DNA of 64,000 bases from Paraphysomonas bandaiensis. Lineage: Eukaryota > Protista > Chrysophyceae. This document shows, piece by piece, positions 63,535 through 64,000 of this stretch; the stretch's first letter is position 1; every line of letters begins with the position of its first letter. Location: assembly GCA_965644295.1 (NCBI GenBank), contig CBFFRP010000136.1, forward strand, positions 230,905 to 294,904. The letters are read 5' to 3'. The notes under the pieces are model-generated. The model did no database searches. It saw only the letters and a list, made by a program, of their open reading frames with translations, and had not been told where the DNA came from. The position numbers and the translations under genes were made by a program.

Positions 63535-64000
63535 ATGGCTGAAGAATGGAAAGTGATTGATGGATACAACAATAATTATAGTATATCAAATAAAGGAAAT
63601 GTGAAGAACAATAATACAAATAAGATACTGAAACAAGCTGTGAATAGAGGCGGATATAATAAACTTTGTCTCAGTGTGAATGGAAAGAAAAAAACAGAAC
63701 TAATCCACAGATTAGTTGCATTGGCTTTTATACCAAATCCAGAAAATAAACCTCATACAGATCATATAAATAATATCAAAACAGATAACAATGTCAATAA
63801 TTTGAGATGGGCCACTCGATCGGAAAATCAACATAACCATAAGTTAAGCAAAGCAAATACATCAGGTGTAAAAGGTATTGATTATCACAAAAGAAGTAAA
63901 AAATGGAGAGCGTCAATAAAATTAGACGGCATTAAAATCCACATTGGATACTTTGATACAATCGAAGAAGCAAAACAAGCAAGAATAAAAAGAGCGAATA
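63535..64000 (+). CDS. NUMOD4-HNH-AP2 homing-endonuclease-like protein (runs off the window)
   Basis: Not in the ORF track. Translation: MAEEWKVIDGYNNNYSISNKGNVK (NUMOD4), IHRLVALAFIPNPENKPHTDHINNIKTDNNVNNLRW (HNH), NTSGVKGIDYHKRSKKWRASI....IHIGYFDTIEEAKQAR (AP2). Confidence 0.9.
   Translation, partial: MAEEWKVIDGYNNNYSISNKGNVKNNNTNKILKQAVNRGGYNKLCLSVNGKKKTELIHRLVALAFIPNPENKPHTDHINNIKTDNNVNNLRWATRSENQHNHKLSKANTSGVKGIDYHKRSKKWRASIKLDGIKIHIGYFDTIEEAKQARIKRAN

Larger units (their letters stand above)
62916..64000 (+). mobile_element. Edge of AT-rich endogenous virus-like element (Polinton/PLV/virophage-type)
   Basis: Abrupt AT enrichment, hairpin-rich terminus repeated elsewhere in the window, direct, inverted and tandem repeats, and an intronless phage-like endonuclease gene. 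Confidence 0.6.

Noticed and set aside
1-64000. Fanzor/TnpB, Cas, retron or other RNA-guided nuclease genes
   Set aside because: No RuvC plus zinc-ribbon or Cas-like motifs were seen in any ORF in this window.

Overview
Eukaryotic, gene-dense genomic DNA with very short (about 45-55 nt) GT-AG introns. CFAP52 indicates a flagellated organism, and gene style and transposon types suggest a stramenopile protist, possibly chrysophyte-like (inference). Host genes: cytosolic AspRS, an LRR protein, RPS7, a tandem double METTL21-like methyltransferase, CFAP52, mitochondrial MDH, a His/Asp/Lys-repeat membrane protein, Mpv17, an HSF, a Frizzled-CRD-like surface protein, a truncated acyl-CoA-synthetase-like mitochondrial protein, SUCLG1, syntaxin-16, two secretory-pathway SAM methyltransferases, an annexin-EF-hand-WW fusion, Pho88/SND3, LLPH, a Tim44-like protein and tRNA-Ser(CGA). 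Mobile DNA: several Ty1/Copia families whose LTRs end in TA rather than CA, one of them a very recent internally deleted copy nested in a hAT element; a second hAT copy; an intact intron-containing piggyBac-like transposon; an RNase H-bearing non-LTR retroelement; a Harbinger-like element; and MITEs. The right end is the edge of an AT-rich, virus-like (Polinton/PLV/virophage-type) insertion with a hairpin-rich terminus and a NUMOD4-HNH-AP2 endonuclease gene. An orphan copy of that terminus lies at about 36 kb.
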